Below are positions 29,249-39,783 of a DNA stretch of 64,000 bases, piece after piece. The position numbers were made by a program, and so were the translations under genes. The DNA lies in NCBI GenBank assembly GCA_043825875.1, contig JBDRRF010000079.1, forward strand, positions 96,001 to 160,000, in the 5' to 3' direction. The stretch comes from Pseudomonadota bacterium (lineage in GTDB: Bacteria; Desulfobacterota; Desulfobacteria; Desulfobacterales; RPRI01). Under the pieces are notes generated by a model, which ran no database searches, had not been told where the DNA came from, and saw only the letters and a program-made list of their open reading frames with translations. Position 1 is the first letter of the stretch, and each line of letters starts with the position of its first letter.

Positions 29249-30187
29249 ATGAAAAAGACTACCCCCCATAAAATTTCAACTCGCGGATATTATTATGTTG
29301 TTATAGCAGCAATTTTATGGGCAATTTCAGGCTCATCATCCAAATATTTGTTCATTTCGGGAATATCTCCTTTTCAGCTTGTTCAGCTTCGCATAACAAT
29401 CTCAACAGGATTTCTTTTTATTGTACTTTTCATCTGGCGTCGCAACCTTTTGCGAATAGCATCAAAAGATTTTTTCTACTTTTTATTCTTAGGCGCTGCT
29501 GCAATGGCTTTAGTCCAGTTTACATATCTTTATACAATAAGTAAAATCAATGTAGCCGCAGCCATACTCATGCAGTATCTTGCGCCTGCTTTTATAACTC
29601 TATATTTAGTTATCTTTGAAAAAGAAAAACTTCACAAAGCAACAGTTATAGCTGTTTTTGGGGCTATAATAGGATGTTATTTTGTAGTCGGAGCTTATAA
29701 CCTTAATCTTTTTGCTTTAAACAAAGCCGGAGTAATATCCGGCATATTGTCTGCCGTTTGTTATGCATGGTATTCGATCTCCGGAGAATACGGAATGCGA
29801 AAATACGACCCGCTAACGGTAGTATTCTATTCGCTTTTTTTTGCCGCAATTACCTGGAATATATTGCATCCGCCTTTTAAAGCTCTTTTCAATGCATATT
29901 CTCCTGGTCAATGGGGATTAATTATTTATATAGGAATCTTTGGTACCGTTATTCCTTTCAGTCTGTATCTTGAAGGAATAAATTTAATCCGATCCACTCG
30001 TGCCGCCATAACCGGTACACTCGAACCCATTACTGCTGCCGGCATTTCATATCTTTTATTAAATGAAACTCTTGATCTATTGCAGATTGCCGGAGGAATA
30101 CTGGTATTAGCTTCTATAGTACTGATGCAATTTAAGGTGCAATATGATGACAAGATTCCGGACCTTATCAGGACAAAGAAGAAGTGA
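29249..30187 (+). CDS. EamA/DMT family transporter
   Basis: About 10 TMs; AAILWAISG, QYLAP, TLEPITAA. Confidence 0.9.
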   Translation: MKKTTPHKISTRGYYYVVIAAILWAISGSSSKYLFISGISPFQLVQLRITISTGFLFIVLFIWRRNLLRIASKDFFYFLFLGAAAMALVQFTYLYTISKINVAAAILMQYLAPAFITLYLVIFEKEKLHKATVIAVFGAIIGCYFVVGAYNLNLFALNKAGVISGILSAVCYAWYSISGEYGMRKYDPLTVVFYSLFFAAITWNILHPPFKALFNAYSPGQWGLIIYIGIFGTVIPFSLYLEGINLIRSTRAAITGTLEPITAAGISYLLLNETLDLLQIAGGILVLASIVLMQFKVQYDDKIPDLIRTKKK

Positions 30188-31401
30188 ATACTATAGAAAG
30201 CACAAATTCTCTTTCAAAACGAATTAAACGGCATGTAACCGGCCGCAAAAAATCTTTTTTCGCATCCACAGCCCCAGGCATTGAATCCGTTTGCCACGCT
30301 GAACTACAAGATGAACTTAAAGATTTTTTATCTCAAAACCTGCCTACACAAAATACCTTTGTTGAAGATAAAGGAGGTATTCATTTTGAGGGTCGCATAC
30401 CGGACTGTTATATCGCAAATCTTTATCTTCGCACAGCAAACAGGATTCTTATGCGGATAGAAGAATTTAAAGCTACAAATTTTATGCAGCTCGAAAAAAA
30501 ACTTTCCCAATTACCATGGGAGCTTTATCTGCCTGCAAGCACAAATTTTCTACCTGAGATAAAAGTATCTGCAAAACAGTCCAGGCTCTATCATAAAGAT
30601 GCCATATCTCAGGTTTTTACAGACAGCATCAGTAAGCGTTTCACGCAAAATACTATATTGCTAAAGGATTCTTTATTAGCGCAAAAAGTTTTTGTACGTG
30701 CTGTAAATGACAGGTTTGAAATATCAATCGATAGCTCCGGAGAACTTCTTTACAAAAGAGGAATAAAAACCCACATGGCAATAGCTCCTTTACGGGAAAC
30801 AATTGCCGCTGCAATTTTAAAATTGTGCGGATATGATGGAAATGAACCCCTGATAGACCCCATGTGCGGCTCCGGCACTTTCTCAATTGAAGCAGCCATG
30901 ATAGCTCAAAACATTCCTGCAGGCATCTTCAGAAATTTTGCTTTCATGGAGTGGCCTTGTTTTACTCCTAAACGCTGGGCATATATAAAACGAGAGGCAG
31001 AATCGAAGATCAATAATATTTCTACCCCTTCTATCTTTGCATCGGATATAAATTCAGAAGCCTGCAATTTATTGTCTTCCTGTATAAAGCAGTATGACTT
31101 TCTTAAAATGGTTGAGGTTGTCCAAAAAGATTTTTTTGATCTTTCTTCTTCTGCTTTCAAAGGACATACAGGTCTTATAGTTATTAATCCGCCATACGGG
31201 AACAGAATAGGAAGCCAAACTGAAGGCATAAAACTATTTCAAAACATGTGCAATAAACTTAAAAAAGATTATTCAGGCTGGAAAACCGGTATCATAGCAT
31301 CAGACATTGATCTTATAAATAACCTCCCTTTCAAACTGAAATCTCAAACTCTACACCATGGCGGCCTTAAAATATACTTGCTTTATGGGAGAATAGTGTG
31401 A
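30184..31401 (+). CDS. THUMP-domain RNA methyltransferase (RlmL-like)
   Basis: LRTANRIL, DSSGELLYKRG, APLRETIAAA, DPMCGSGTF, INPPYG. Confidence 0.9.
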   Translation: MNTIESTNSLSKRIKRHVTGRKKSFFASTAPGIESVCHAELQDELKDFLSQNLPTQNTFVEDKGGIHFEGRIPDCYIANLYLRTANRILMRIEEFKATNFMQLEKKLSQLPWELYLPASTNFLPEIKVSAKQSRLYHKDAISQVFTDSISKRFTQNTILLKDSLLAQKVFVRAVNDRFEISIDSSGELLYKRGIKTHMAIAPLRETIAAAILKLCGYDGNEPLIDPMCGSGTFSIEAAMIAQNIPAGIFRNFAFMEWPCFTPKRWAYIKREAESKINNISTPSIFASDINSEACNLLSSCIKQYDFLKMVEVVQKDFFDLSSSAFKGHTGLIVINPPYGNRIGSQTEGIKLFQNMCNKLKKDYSGWKTGIIASDIDLINNLPFKLKSQTLHHGGLKIYLLYGRIV

Positions 31402-31567
31402 AGAGATGAATACGCACAAAATCCCAGATTTCAAGCATTCACTTGTATTGTTTTATGTTGACACGCTAATAAGAAAATGGTCTTATTTTATACCAAAACT
31501 TATTTTGACACAGTGCGAATCAATTTCATAATCAAAATAAATTGGGCTAAATACTTTTGGAAGCTAA

Positions 31568-32566
31568 GTGCAACTACGATTATTACAAATAACCTTACCG
31601 CATGAGGTTAACTGGGATATCTCGGGCCTTATCTCGGCTAATGATGTTGTTGCCTCCTGGCATGACAACAGCCCTCATAGTCACCTCGTACTCCACCTGA
31701 TTGTCCCTGCAGACCAAACCGAACCGATTATGGAAGAAATCGAAAAAAGGTACGGCTCACATCCTGACTTTCGAGGAATCATTATACCAATAGAAGGCAT
31801 ATGGCCGCGCATCGAACCTGATGCTCCTCCAACCATCAGCGCATTTCAACCAAAGCGCAACTTATTAGGTCAAAGGGTAAGTCGCGAAGAGCTCTATGCT
31901 AATGCCATCGATAGCTGTGATATTACTGCCGGCTTTTTGCTTTTGGTTGCTTTGTCATCCGTGGTTGCAGCAGTTGGCCTCACTCGAGACAACTTAGCCG
32001 TAATCATAGGCGCAATGTTAATCGCCCCGCTTTTTGGCCCTAACATGTCATTGGCTGTTGGGACAACCTTTGGTGACCTAAAACTTGTCGGAAAGGCTCT
32101 TCAAACGTCATTAGCAGGTATTGTTTTAGCTACCATAGTATCAGCTATTATTGGTATTGTAACAACAGTCGATCCGGGCATCAATGCTATTACAGAACGT
32201 ACAGTGGTGGGTTTTGCCGATATCACTATTGCATTAGCGGCCGGATGTGCCGGTTCACTCGCCTTTACATCAGGTTATTCAAGAGCAGTCATTGGAGTAA
32301 TGGTGTCTGTGGCGCTGTTGCCTCCGCTTGCAACTTTTGGACTTCTTCTCGGCTCCGGTAATTGGTCACTTGCTGCTAATGCATTACTGCTTACAGCAAC
32401 AAATATAATTTGCATCAATCTTGCCGGTGTTGTTACCTTTCTTTTGCAGGGTGTTCGGCCTACTAACTGGAGAGAAGCAAAAAAGGCCAAGCGTGCTATA
32501 TGGATTGCATCCTTATCATGGCTCACACTGCTGATTGCTTTAATAATCATCTTATCCAGCAGATAA
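31568..32566 (+). CDS. TIGR00341/DUF389 family membrane protein
   Basis: SREELY, VIIGAMLIAPL, GVMVSVALLPP, NIICINLAG. Confidence 0.85.
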   Translation: MQLRLLQITLPHEVNWDISGLISANDVVASWHDNSPHSHLVLHLIVPADQTEPIMEEIEKRYGSHPDFRGIIIPIEGIWPRIEPDAPPTISAFQPKRNLLGQRVSREELYANAIDSCDITAGFLLLVALSSVVAAVGLTRDNLAVIIGAMLIAPLFGPNMSLAVGTTFGDLKLVGKALQTSLAGIVLATIVSAIIGIVTTVDPGINAITERTVVGFADITIALAAGCAGSLAFTSGYSRAVIGVMVSVALLPPLATFGLLLGSGNWSLAANALLLTATNIICINLAGVVTFLLQGVRPTNWREAKKAKRAIWIASLSWLTLLIALIIILSSR

Positions 32567-32700
32567 CATGATAGCAAAGAACAATAAATATCCATTCCCT
32601 TGGCTATAAAACCACTTTTAAATTCATATTTAATCTGTTATTAGTATATATAAAGATATTTTATTTAATACAAACAATATAAATTTACGGGAGGAATAAA

Positions 32701-33195
32701 ATGCCAAGGATAATTTTTGCTGTTTTATTATCGATTTTATTTATTATCGGTTGCGGAGAAAAAGCTGAAGAAAAGATGATTGAAAAACAAATTAAGAAGG
32801 CAACCGGATCAGATGCAAATGTTGATATTTCGGATAATAAAATCAATATTGTTTCAAGTACAAAAGAAGGTAAGTTTAGCATGTCTATGGGTGAGTCGGT
32901 TGAGATTCCAAAAGATTTTCCAACAGACATCTTTATCTACAAGCCTTCAGAAACAGTCGCAGCCATAAAAATGCCGGAAGGGTTCTCTATTTCCCTAAAA
33001 ACCGGAAACGATATAACAAAGGTTACCGCATCTTATCAGAAAAAAATGAAGTCAGAAGGCTGGTCTGAAAAAGCCAGTATGAATTTTAGCGGCCAGCAAG
33101 TTTTAGTATATGAAAAAGAAAACCGTAATGCAAATATCTCCATTGCTTCCACGGAGGGTGAAACAAATATTACTCTTACTATCGTTAAAAACTAG
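32701..33195 (+). CDS. Hypothetical lipoprotein
   Basis: Lipobox-like IIGC; IPKDFPTDIFIY motif; GGAGG RBS. Confidence 0.75.
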   Translation: MPRIIFAVLLSILFIIGCGEKAEEKMIEKQIKKATGSDANVDISDNKINIVSSTKEGKFSMSMGESVEIPKDFPTDIFIYKPSETVAAIKMPEGFSISLKTGNDITKVTASYQKKMKSEGWSEKASMNFSGQQVLVYEKENRNANISIASTEGETNITLTIVKN

Positions 33196-33355
33196 ATCTG
33201 AAGCATTTTAATAACATTTATGCACAAAATATTTAGATACACATTAGACTTAGCCTGTTTATCATAAAACATATAATCAAGCAGGAGATAATCTTTTAAG
33301 CATTTTATCATCACCATAAAATTCATTCAAAAAATTACGGGGGTATGATTAACAA

Positions 33356-33727
33356 ATGAAAATACTTCTCATGGATGATGAAAAAATTATTATAGACGTT
33401 GTTAAAGCTATGCTTAATAAGATCGGCCATGATGTTGTTTTAGCTCAAAACGGGGAAGAAGCAATTCATTTGTTTAACAAAGCATTTGATTCAGCAGCCC
33501 CTATTGATTTAATGATAATGGATTTAACAATTCCTAAAGGCATGGGGGGCAAAGAAGCTGTTCATGAAATATTGAAAATAGATCCAAATGCTAAAGTAAT
33601 TATATCAAGTGGATACTCTCAAGATCCAGCAATTATTAACTTCAAAGATTATGGTTTTTCAGCGGCTATTGTAAAACCTTTTCAGCTAAAAACACTTATA
33701 AATATTATCAATCAACTTACGGATTAA
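33356..33727 (+). CDS. Single-domain response regulator
   Basis: LMDDE, MDLTIP, SSGY, KPF. Confidence 0.9.
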   Translation: MKILLMDDEKIIIDVVKAMLNKIGHDVVLAQNGEEAIHLFNKAFDSAAPIDLMIMDLTIPKGMGGKEAVHEILKIDPNAKVIISSGYSQDPAIINFKDYGFSAAIVKPFQLKTLINIINQLTD

Positions 33728-33833
33728 TAGCATCGCCTAAAAGATGTAGAATGTAATCATCCCGTATATCATTTTTATAAAATAGATTTCTTTTTCAAAC
33801 CAAATAAAGTGAATTTCAGGAGGTATTGTTGTT

Positions 33834-35255
33834 TTGAAAAGGCAGATATCGGCAATCATTTTATTTTTTTTCTTAATTACTGCTTTTCCCCTAACATCCT
33901 TTGCGAATAAAGCTTTACAACCTTTGCCGCTCAATGCACATATTGCAGACAAATATCATGACGATCTTAACGGACTTTTAGAAAAACGCTATATTCGAGT
34001 TCTGACCACACTAAATCAAACAAATTTCTTCATGTCCAAAGGGAAAGTATTCGGATACGAATACGCACTGATCAAAGGATATGAAAAATATCTTAACAAA
34101 AAAATTAAAAAAAAGGGATTGCAAATAGTAATAGAATGTATTCCGGTTACCAGAGACCAACTTGTTCCACGTCTTGTTGAAGGATACGGAGATATTGCTG
34201 CGGCTGGATTAACCATAACACCTGAGCGAAAAAAAAGTGTTGTTTTTACTGCCCCTTACCTATCAGATATAGATGAAGTTGTTGTCACCCACAAAGGCGG
34301 CTTTAGCCCTGTAAAAACTTCTGACCTTGCAGGCCAAAAGGTACTCGTACGCAAAAGCAGCAGCTATTATCAAAGCCTTCTGCTTCTTAATGAAAAACTC
34401 ATAAAACAGGGAAAAAACCCCGTTCGGATAATTACGGCTGATGAAGATCTTGAAACTGAAAACATCCTGGAAATGGTTAACTCCGGAGCTGTGGAAACAA
34501 CAGTAGCAGATAGTCACATTGCCTCGATCTGGTCCGATATTTTACAAAACATTGATATCCATAAGTCTGTAAAGCTGCGAACCGGTTCGAAAATAGCCTG
34601 GATGGTCAGAAAGGAAAATGACCAGTTGCTTGCCAGCCTTAACAATTATTTAAAAAACTATAAAAAAGGGACCTTGCTGGGGAACATATATTTCAAACGC
34701 TATTATGCCAACAATAAATGGCTGAAGAACCCCTCAGACCCGGCCGATCTCAAACAGCTAAAGCGATATGAGGCTTTAATCAAAAAATATGCTTTGCGCT
34801 ATGGCTATGACTGGAAGCTAATTATGGCTATCGCCTATCAGGAATCAGGCCTTGACCACAAAAAAAAGAGTTCAGCCGGCGCTGTAGGTCTCATGCAGAT
34901 ACTTCCAAAAACGGCCAAAGATAAGCGAATAAATATTAAAAATATTAACAAACTGGAAAATAATATCCATGCGGGTGTCAAATACTTATCTATACTTCAA
35001 AAACGCTATTCTACCAATAAATCGATTCACCCCAGAGATAAAATACGCTTTGCCCTGGCCTCATACAATGCCGGGCCGGCAAAAATCAGAAAAGCAAGAC
35101 AACTGGCAAAAAAGATGGGGCTTAATCCCAACCGTTGGTTTCAAAACGTTGAAGTAGCAACACTACGGTTGGTAGGGCAAGAAACCGTCCGTTATGTTAG
35201 CAATATCAACAAATACTACAACCTGTATCATATCCTTCTTGACAAGGATCAGTAA
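33834..35255 (+). CDS. MltF-like lytic transglycosylase
   Basis: SBP_bac_3-like N-terminus; SLT motifs AYQES, AVGLMQI, ASYNAG, ETVRYV. Confidence 0.88.
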   Translation: MKRQISAIILFFFLITAFPLTSFANKALQPLPLNAHIADKYHDDLNGLLEKRYIRVLTTLNQTNFFMSKGKVFGYEYALIKGYEKYLNKKIKKKGLQIVIECIPVTRDQLVPRLVEGYGDIAAAGLTITPERKKSVVFTAPYLSDIDEVVVTHKGGFSPVKTSDLAGQKVLVRKSSSYYQSLLLLNEKLIKQGKNPVRIITADEDLETENILEMVNSGAVETTVADSHIASIWSDILQNIDIHKSVKLRTGSKIAWMVRKENDQLLASLNNYLKNYKKGTLLGNIYFKRYYANNKWLKNPSDPADLKQLKRYEALIKKYALRYGYDWKLIMAIAYQESGLDHKKKSSAGAVGLMQILPKTAKDKRINIKNINKLENNIHAGVKYLSILQKRYSTNKSIHPRDKIRFALASYNAGPAKIRKARQLAKKMGLNPNRWFQNVEVATLRLVGQETVRYVSNINKYYNLYHILLDKDQ

Positions 35256-35311
35256 ATAACGCGACAGTAATAAATTTCACAAAAACCCAATTACAGATTT
35301 CTAAAAAAAAC

Positions 35312-35338
35312 TACCCCGCCAGCAAGGCTGACGGGGTA
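35312..35338. repeat. GC-rich hairpin repeat (REP/IS200-end-like), copy 1; may also act as a terminator
   Basis: TACCCCG-CCAGC-AAG-GCTGA-CGGGGTA between convergent genes; related copy at 35979-36004. Confidence 0.55.
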
Positions 35339-35392
35339 TCAAGAAAATATCTTCTTTATATTACAAAGCAAAATTTCAGAGTTAAATAATTA

Positions 35393-35860
35393 CTATTTGA
35401 CTACTATCTTACCGGAAGCAAGCGGTGCTTTTCTATTCTGTGTATATATCTCATACTTATAAGTACCCGGTTCCATGAATCTTAGGCTGGTTGTTTCTCC
35501 CTGTGCCAAAAAATCAGTTACAAAACAACCCATATTGGGAGTTAATCTAAAGCCAACCGGAGACTTGGTGGACACAGCACATAGTTTACCTTCTTTAAAG
35601 CTTGTACTGATTTCAGCTCCTCGTACCCAATTAACCCAGACCACACATGATCCAACCGGGACATCTAAATATTGAGGGGCTATGGTTATTATATCATCAC
35701 CTTCTGCGCCCTTCGTGGTTATATTTCCTTTTAAGGACACAATAAAACAATTCCCATCTCCTTCATCTCCTGCGTTAACAGTACTCGGAATTACAACAAA
35801 CGACGCAATGAGCAATAACATAATAACAAAACTAGCAACTAAAAACTTACCTTTTTTCAT
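35393..35860 (-). CDS. Exported cupredoxin-fold-like protein, paralog 1
   Basis: Signal peptide; PQYLDVPVGSCVVWVN and SLRFMEPGTYKY; no type-1 Cu ligand set. Confidence 0.7.
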   Translation of the reverse strand: MKKGKFLVASFVIMLLLIASFVVIPSTVNAGDEGDGNCFIVSLKGNITTKGAEGDDIITIAPQYLDVPVGSCVVWVNWVRGAEISTSFKEGKLCAVSTKSPVGFRLTPNMGCFVTDFLAQGETTSLRFMEPGTYKYEIYTQNRKAPLASGKIVVK

Positions 35861-35978
35861 GATGCTCCTCCTTGTTTAATTTTATGTTAATAATAACCAA
35901 CATGAATAATTCATTATGAAATTAGTGTAGATTACAAATTAATAATGTCAAGGTAAATATCATAAAAAAGTAATGAAC

Positions 35979-36069
35979 TACCCAACAGCAGAGCTGACGT
36001 GGTATCAAACAAGTTTCACTTTTATTTTATGAAGCAAAGCTTCGGTGAATTAAACCTCAAGTGATTAAA
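35979..36069. repeat. GC-rich hairpin repeat, copy 2 (degenerate)
   Basis: TACCCAACAGCAGAGCTGACGTGGTATC followed by a GAAGC-AAA-GCTTC hairpin. Confidence 0.5.
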
Positions 36070-36079
36070 GGTTTACTTG

Positions 36080-36565
36080 CTATTTAACAATAATTTGACC
36101 TGATGCCAGTGGGGCTGTCCTGCTTTGTGTATATATATCATACTTATAAGTGCCAGGTTCCATAAATCTTAGACTGGATGTTTCTCCTTGCACCAAAAAA
36201 TTAGTAACATAGCAACCTAAACCGGGAGTTAGCCTAAAACTCATAGAAGACTTGGTTTTGTCAGCACATACTTTTCCATCTTGAAAGCTTGTACTGATTT
36301 CAGCTCCTCGAATCCAATTAACCCAGACCACACATGATCCTGCCGAGACAGTTAAATCTTGAGGACTTATTTTTACTATCGGATCCATATCCTTGGAACT
36401 CTGTTGAGAAATATTTCCTCTCAGGCTTCCTCTCAGGCTTACAACATAGCATTTGTCACTGTCTTTTTCTGCTGCATTAATTGTTCCCGGATTTACAATA
36501 ATAAATGACATGATGAACAATAACATAACAACACTGGCAACTAAAAACTTAACATTTTTCATCAT
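36080..36565 (-). CDS. Exported cupredoxin-fold-like protein, paralog 2
   Basis: Close paralog of 35393-35860; has a 12-bp tandem duplication at 36415-36438 (SLRGSLRG). Confidence 0.7.
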   Translation of the reverse strand: MMKNVKFLVASVVMLLFIMSFIIVNPGTINAAEKDSDKCYVVSLRGSLRGNISQQSSKDMDPIVKISPQDLTVSAGSCVVWVNWIRGAEISTSFQDGKVCADKTKSSMSFRLTPGLGCYVTNFLVQGETSSLRFMEPGTYKYDIYTQSRTAPLASGQIIVK

Positions 36566-36801
36566 TCTCCTCCATATATAAATTTGTTTATGTATAATAA
36601 CTATTCATAATTACTATAAAAATAGTATAGATTGCAAATTAATAAAGTCAAGTTTAAAACAGAAAAATGTATATTAACAAATTTTTAATTAGAATATTAT
36701 TAATAGCAGATACAATAACTTAACAATAAGTAAATACATTTAAAATTTTATAGATTAATATTTTTAATACAAGAAGTTCTTTAAACAATTTCAACTAAAC
36801 T

Positions 36802-38103
36802 CTATAAACCCTTTCTTAAATTATTAATAAATTCTGATTCATTATCGGGAAGATTTGAACCCTTATAAATGATACTGCCCCTTCCATTAATACCGACTAT
36901 ATATGGCAAGCCTTTTACTCCAAATGTTTTGCTTGCAACTGTTCCCTCGGTATCCAGTAGTATTGTATAATTTATGTTTTGTGATCTCTTAAATCGTTGC
37001 ACAACTTCTGCAGGTTGTCCATAGTTAATCCCTAAAACAACAATATCCTGTTTTTGCGCCTTTTCGGCAAATTTTTTAATTACAGGCACTTCTTCCATAC
37101 AGTAAACACACCATGTTGCAAAAAAAACAATCACAACCCCTTTCTTGCCTTTTAACCGGCTTAAAGTAATTTTATCTCCTTTAAGTGAATTAAGGCTAAA
37201 GTCAAGAGCCGAATTTTCTAAGGATATTTCATTAATATTTTGCAACAGTTTCTCATTATTTGTTTCAGTAGTAGTGATTATTTTTTCGTTTGAATTATCA
37301 ATCCCGGCATCTATCGGTACTGGAAATTCTGCTTTTGAAAAAAACTGGATAAGATTTGGGAAATCCGTATTTTGGCCAATGAATACCAGAAACAGGCTTG
37401 CTGAAATAATAATTATAAAAGCAAAACCTTTTTTTATAGTTTCCATCCAGCGACCTGCTTTGGGCAGTTTTGAAATGAACCCGGTCATTACTCCTGCCAG
37501 AATAATTATGGTTCCCTGACCAAATCCAAACAAAAAAAGTTGAACTCCACTTTTTAAAACATGCAGAGTATAATCCACTCCTTGAGCTTTTTTGAGTGTA
37601 ATTGCGATCGCTCCCAAAGCAACAGCCAGAATAGGCCCAGTGCAAGGTCCGATAATCAAACCGCTAATGCAACCTACTATAAAAGCGCCCAATACGCCCT
37701 TAAGATTGGCCGATTTAAACTGTAGTCTTGAAATAAATTGGGGATTAGGAATATTAACCACATCCAACATAAAAAGGCTCATCATTATAAAAAAAATTGC
37801 GATTGAATACATAAGCAATCCATTTCCAAGGATAGAACCGTATGTACCTCCTATCACCGAAATGGTCACGCCAAATATAGAATATACAAAAGCCAAGCCT
37901 GTTACCATGGAAAGGCTTAGAATAAAGGCACGCATTCGGTTATCGCTTGCCTGGTTGCCAATATATCCGATCGTCAAGGGAAGAGCAGGATAAACGCATG
38001 GGGTAAAAGATGATAGAATACCACCTCCAAACATCAGGAAATAAATCATTATACTATCCTGACGAAAAGCTTCTTGTATGAAATGATGGATATACTCTAT
38101 CAT
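36802..38103 (-). CDS. CcdA/DsbD-beta plus TlpA-like thioredoxin fusion
   Basis: SSFTPCVYP and GPCTGP (CcdA cysteines); C-terminal FFATWCVYC. Confidence 0.9.
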   Translation of the reverse strand: MIEYIHHFIQEAFRQDSIMIYFLMFGGGILSSFTPCVYPALPLTIGYIGNQASDNRMRAFILSLSMVTGLAFVYSIFGVTISVIGGTYGSILGNGLLMYSIAIFFIMMSLFMLDVVNIPNPQFISRLQFKSANLKGVLGAFIVGCISGLIIGPCTGPILAVALGAIAITLKKAQGVDYTLHVLKSGVQLFLFGFGQGTIIILAGVMTGFISKLPKAGRWMETIKKGFAFIIIISASLFLVFIGQNTDFPNLIQFFSKAEFPVPIDAGIDNSNEKIITTTETNNEKLLQNINEISLENSALDFSLNSLKGDKITLSRLKGKKGVVIVFFATWCVYCMEEVPVIKKFAEKAQKQDIVVLGINYGQPAEVVQRFKRSQNINYTILLDTEGTVASKTFGVKGLPYIVGINGRGSIIYKGSNLPDNESEFINNLRKGL

Positions 38104-38158
38104 TTTATATCACCGGATTTGTTTTTTGATGTTTCAGGTTTATAAAATTATATTTATT

Positions 38159-38301
38159 GAGCCACTTTCAAGACGTTTCAGTTTGGTCAAGCTCAAGGCG
38201 GGAGAAAATTTCAACCACAGGAATACATTTAGTATTTCGAGGATTGAAATTTGAGCCCAACGCTTAAGATCGGCCAAAATGGGGCGTTTTGAAACTGGCT
38301 C
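38159..38301 (+). mobile_element. MITE family B, copy 4
   Basis: Perfect TSD TATT at 38155-38158 and 38302-38305; overlaps the peroxiredoxin stop codon. Confidence 0.95.
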
Positions 38302-38936
38302 TATTGCTTATTTACTTCTTCAAGAGCTTTGGCAAGATCTTCTAAAAACGGTCGCTTGTTTATATCATGAACATCTATATATGTTATAATTCCTTTTTTG
38401 TTGATTACGAACAAGGCTCTTTCGCTTACACCTTCTGATCGAAGTACACCATATTTGGCAGCTACCGCTCCATGAGGATAAAAATCGGAAAGAACAGGAA
38501 ACCAGATTTTTTCATTTGGATTAGTCATCTGTTTTGTCCAGGAATATAGTGTTGGGATATTGTCTACTGTTATACCGAGCAGGATGGCATCGTTTTTTTC
38601 AAACAGCTCTTTTGATATGTTATAACCTGGCCACTGATCAGAGCAAACCGGTGTCCATGCCGCAGGCACAAATGATATAACAACGTTATATTTTCCTGCA
38701 TACCGGCTAAGAGTTATTTTATCGTCGGATACTGATGGGAGAGTAAAATCGGGGGCATGATCTCCGACTTTCAAATTTATGACAGAATCTGTTGATTTGA
38801 GTTTTCCCACCGGATAAATTGATTCTGAAAATTTTTCCGATTGCCCATAAGCCATAGTCATTCCCGTTACTATCATAAAAATGATAAGGCATAATAAATA
38901 TTTATATTTATTGATCTGTTGGTTCATTTCCATCAC
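38301..38936 (-). CDS. Exported peroxiredoxin (AhpE-like)
   Basis: PAAWTPVC (PxxxTxxC), LSDFYPHG, SERALF; signal peptide. Confidence 0.9.
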   Translation of the reverse strand: MMEMNQQINKYKYLLCLIIFMIVTGMTMAYGQSEKFSESIYPVGKLKSTDSVINLKVGDHAPDFTLPSVSDDKITLSRYAGKYNVVISFVPAAWTPVCSDQWPGYNISKELFEKNDAILLGITVDNIPTLYSWTKQMTNPNEKIWFPVLSDFYPHGAVAAKYGVLRSEGVSERALFVINKKGIITYIDVHDINKRPFLEDLAKALEEVNKQ

Positions 38937-39546
38937 CCGATCCTATTTTTGAAAACTTTATAATTTCATCCAAAAATTTTTGACTATCCTCAAAACCTCC
39001 TTCTTTAAAATAAAATTGCTCGTTAGGTCCGTTTTTATTTAATTTAATCCCTATAAAGGTAGGAGTGGCTTTTGCGTGCAGCAAATTAAATATTTGCGTA
39101 CTTTTGTCGGAAAACAGAGGAAAAGGTACTTTATATTTTTCTTTGAAAGAATTTATCTCATAATTACTATTGGCCACACCTATACCTATTATTTTTATTT
39201 CTTCTTTTAAGGCGGTTTGTTGTTCAATCTTCTTATAAACCTCGTTTACCTTAGATGCCGCCCTCTGGCAATGCGGACAATAAAAACTGAAAAATTCTAT
39301 AATCAAAACCTTGGCTTTAATTTGTCCGATATTAAAATCCATGTTGTCAGAAAGGCCCAAATATTTTTTTTCTGCTTTACTCGAAGGTGCAGGAAGCTGG
39401 AATTCAGGGAAGCTATTGCTGTTAAGATGGGAGTCCTCGGAATTGGGAATAGGTTCAGCACCTTTCGCCAATTGCATATTATATTCAAAAAACAATCCCA
39501 ATAATAAACACAGTACAATATATTTCCATGATTTATTTTTTTTCAT
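38908..39546 (-). CDS. Exported TlpA-like thiol-disulfide oxidoreductase
   Basis: FSFYCPHC, VPFPLFSD, ATPTF; signal peptide. Confidence 0.88.
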   Translation of the reverse strand: MKKNKSWKYIVLCLLLGLFFEYNMQLAKGAEPIPNSEDSHLNSNSFPEFQLPAPSSKAEKKYLGLSDNMDFNIGQIKAKVLIIEFFSFYCPHCQRAASKVNEVYKKIEQQTALKEEIKIIGIGVANSNYEINSFKEKYKVPFPLFSDKSTQIFNLLHAKATPTFIGIKLNKNGPNEQFYFKEGGFEDSQKFLDEIIKFSKIGSGDGNEPTDQ

Positions 39547-39783
39547 AAATTATCCTTCAAACATTTAAAAATAAACAGTGATTATCCATAAATGTATACA
39601 AACTTCTCTATTATTTAAAAGATACAGAATAGATTATGATAATTTAATCTTAAATTTATGATCAGGAACAGAATATATATTTTTGCCGCAACACAGGCAT
39701 TTTAATCGAGAGAATAAGCAGTCATTTATATTGTAAGAATTAAATAAAATTTTACAAGTCATTTTATCAGCAAACTTGCATTA

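Noticed and set aside
33356..33727. Receiver as a broken tail of a hybrid kinase
   Set aside because: It resembles hybrid-kinase receivers, but it has its own start and no kinase remnant was seen upstream.
36802..39546. Selenocysteine in the peroxiredoxin, TlpA proteins or MsrA
   Set aside because: All active-site positions are ordinary Cys codons in uninterrupted ORFs.
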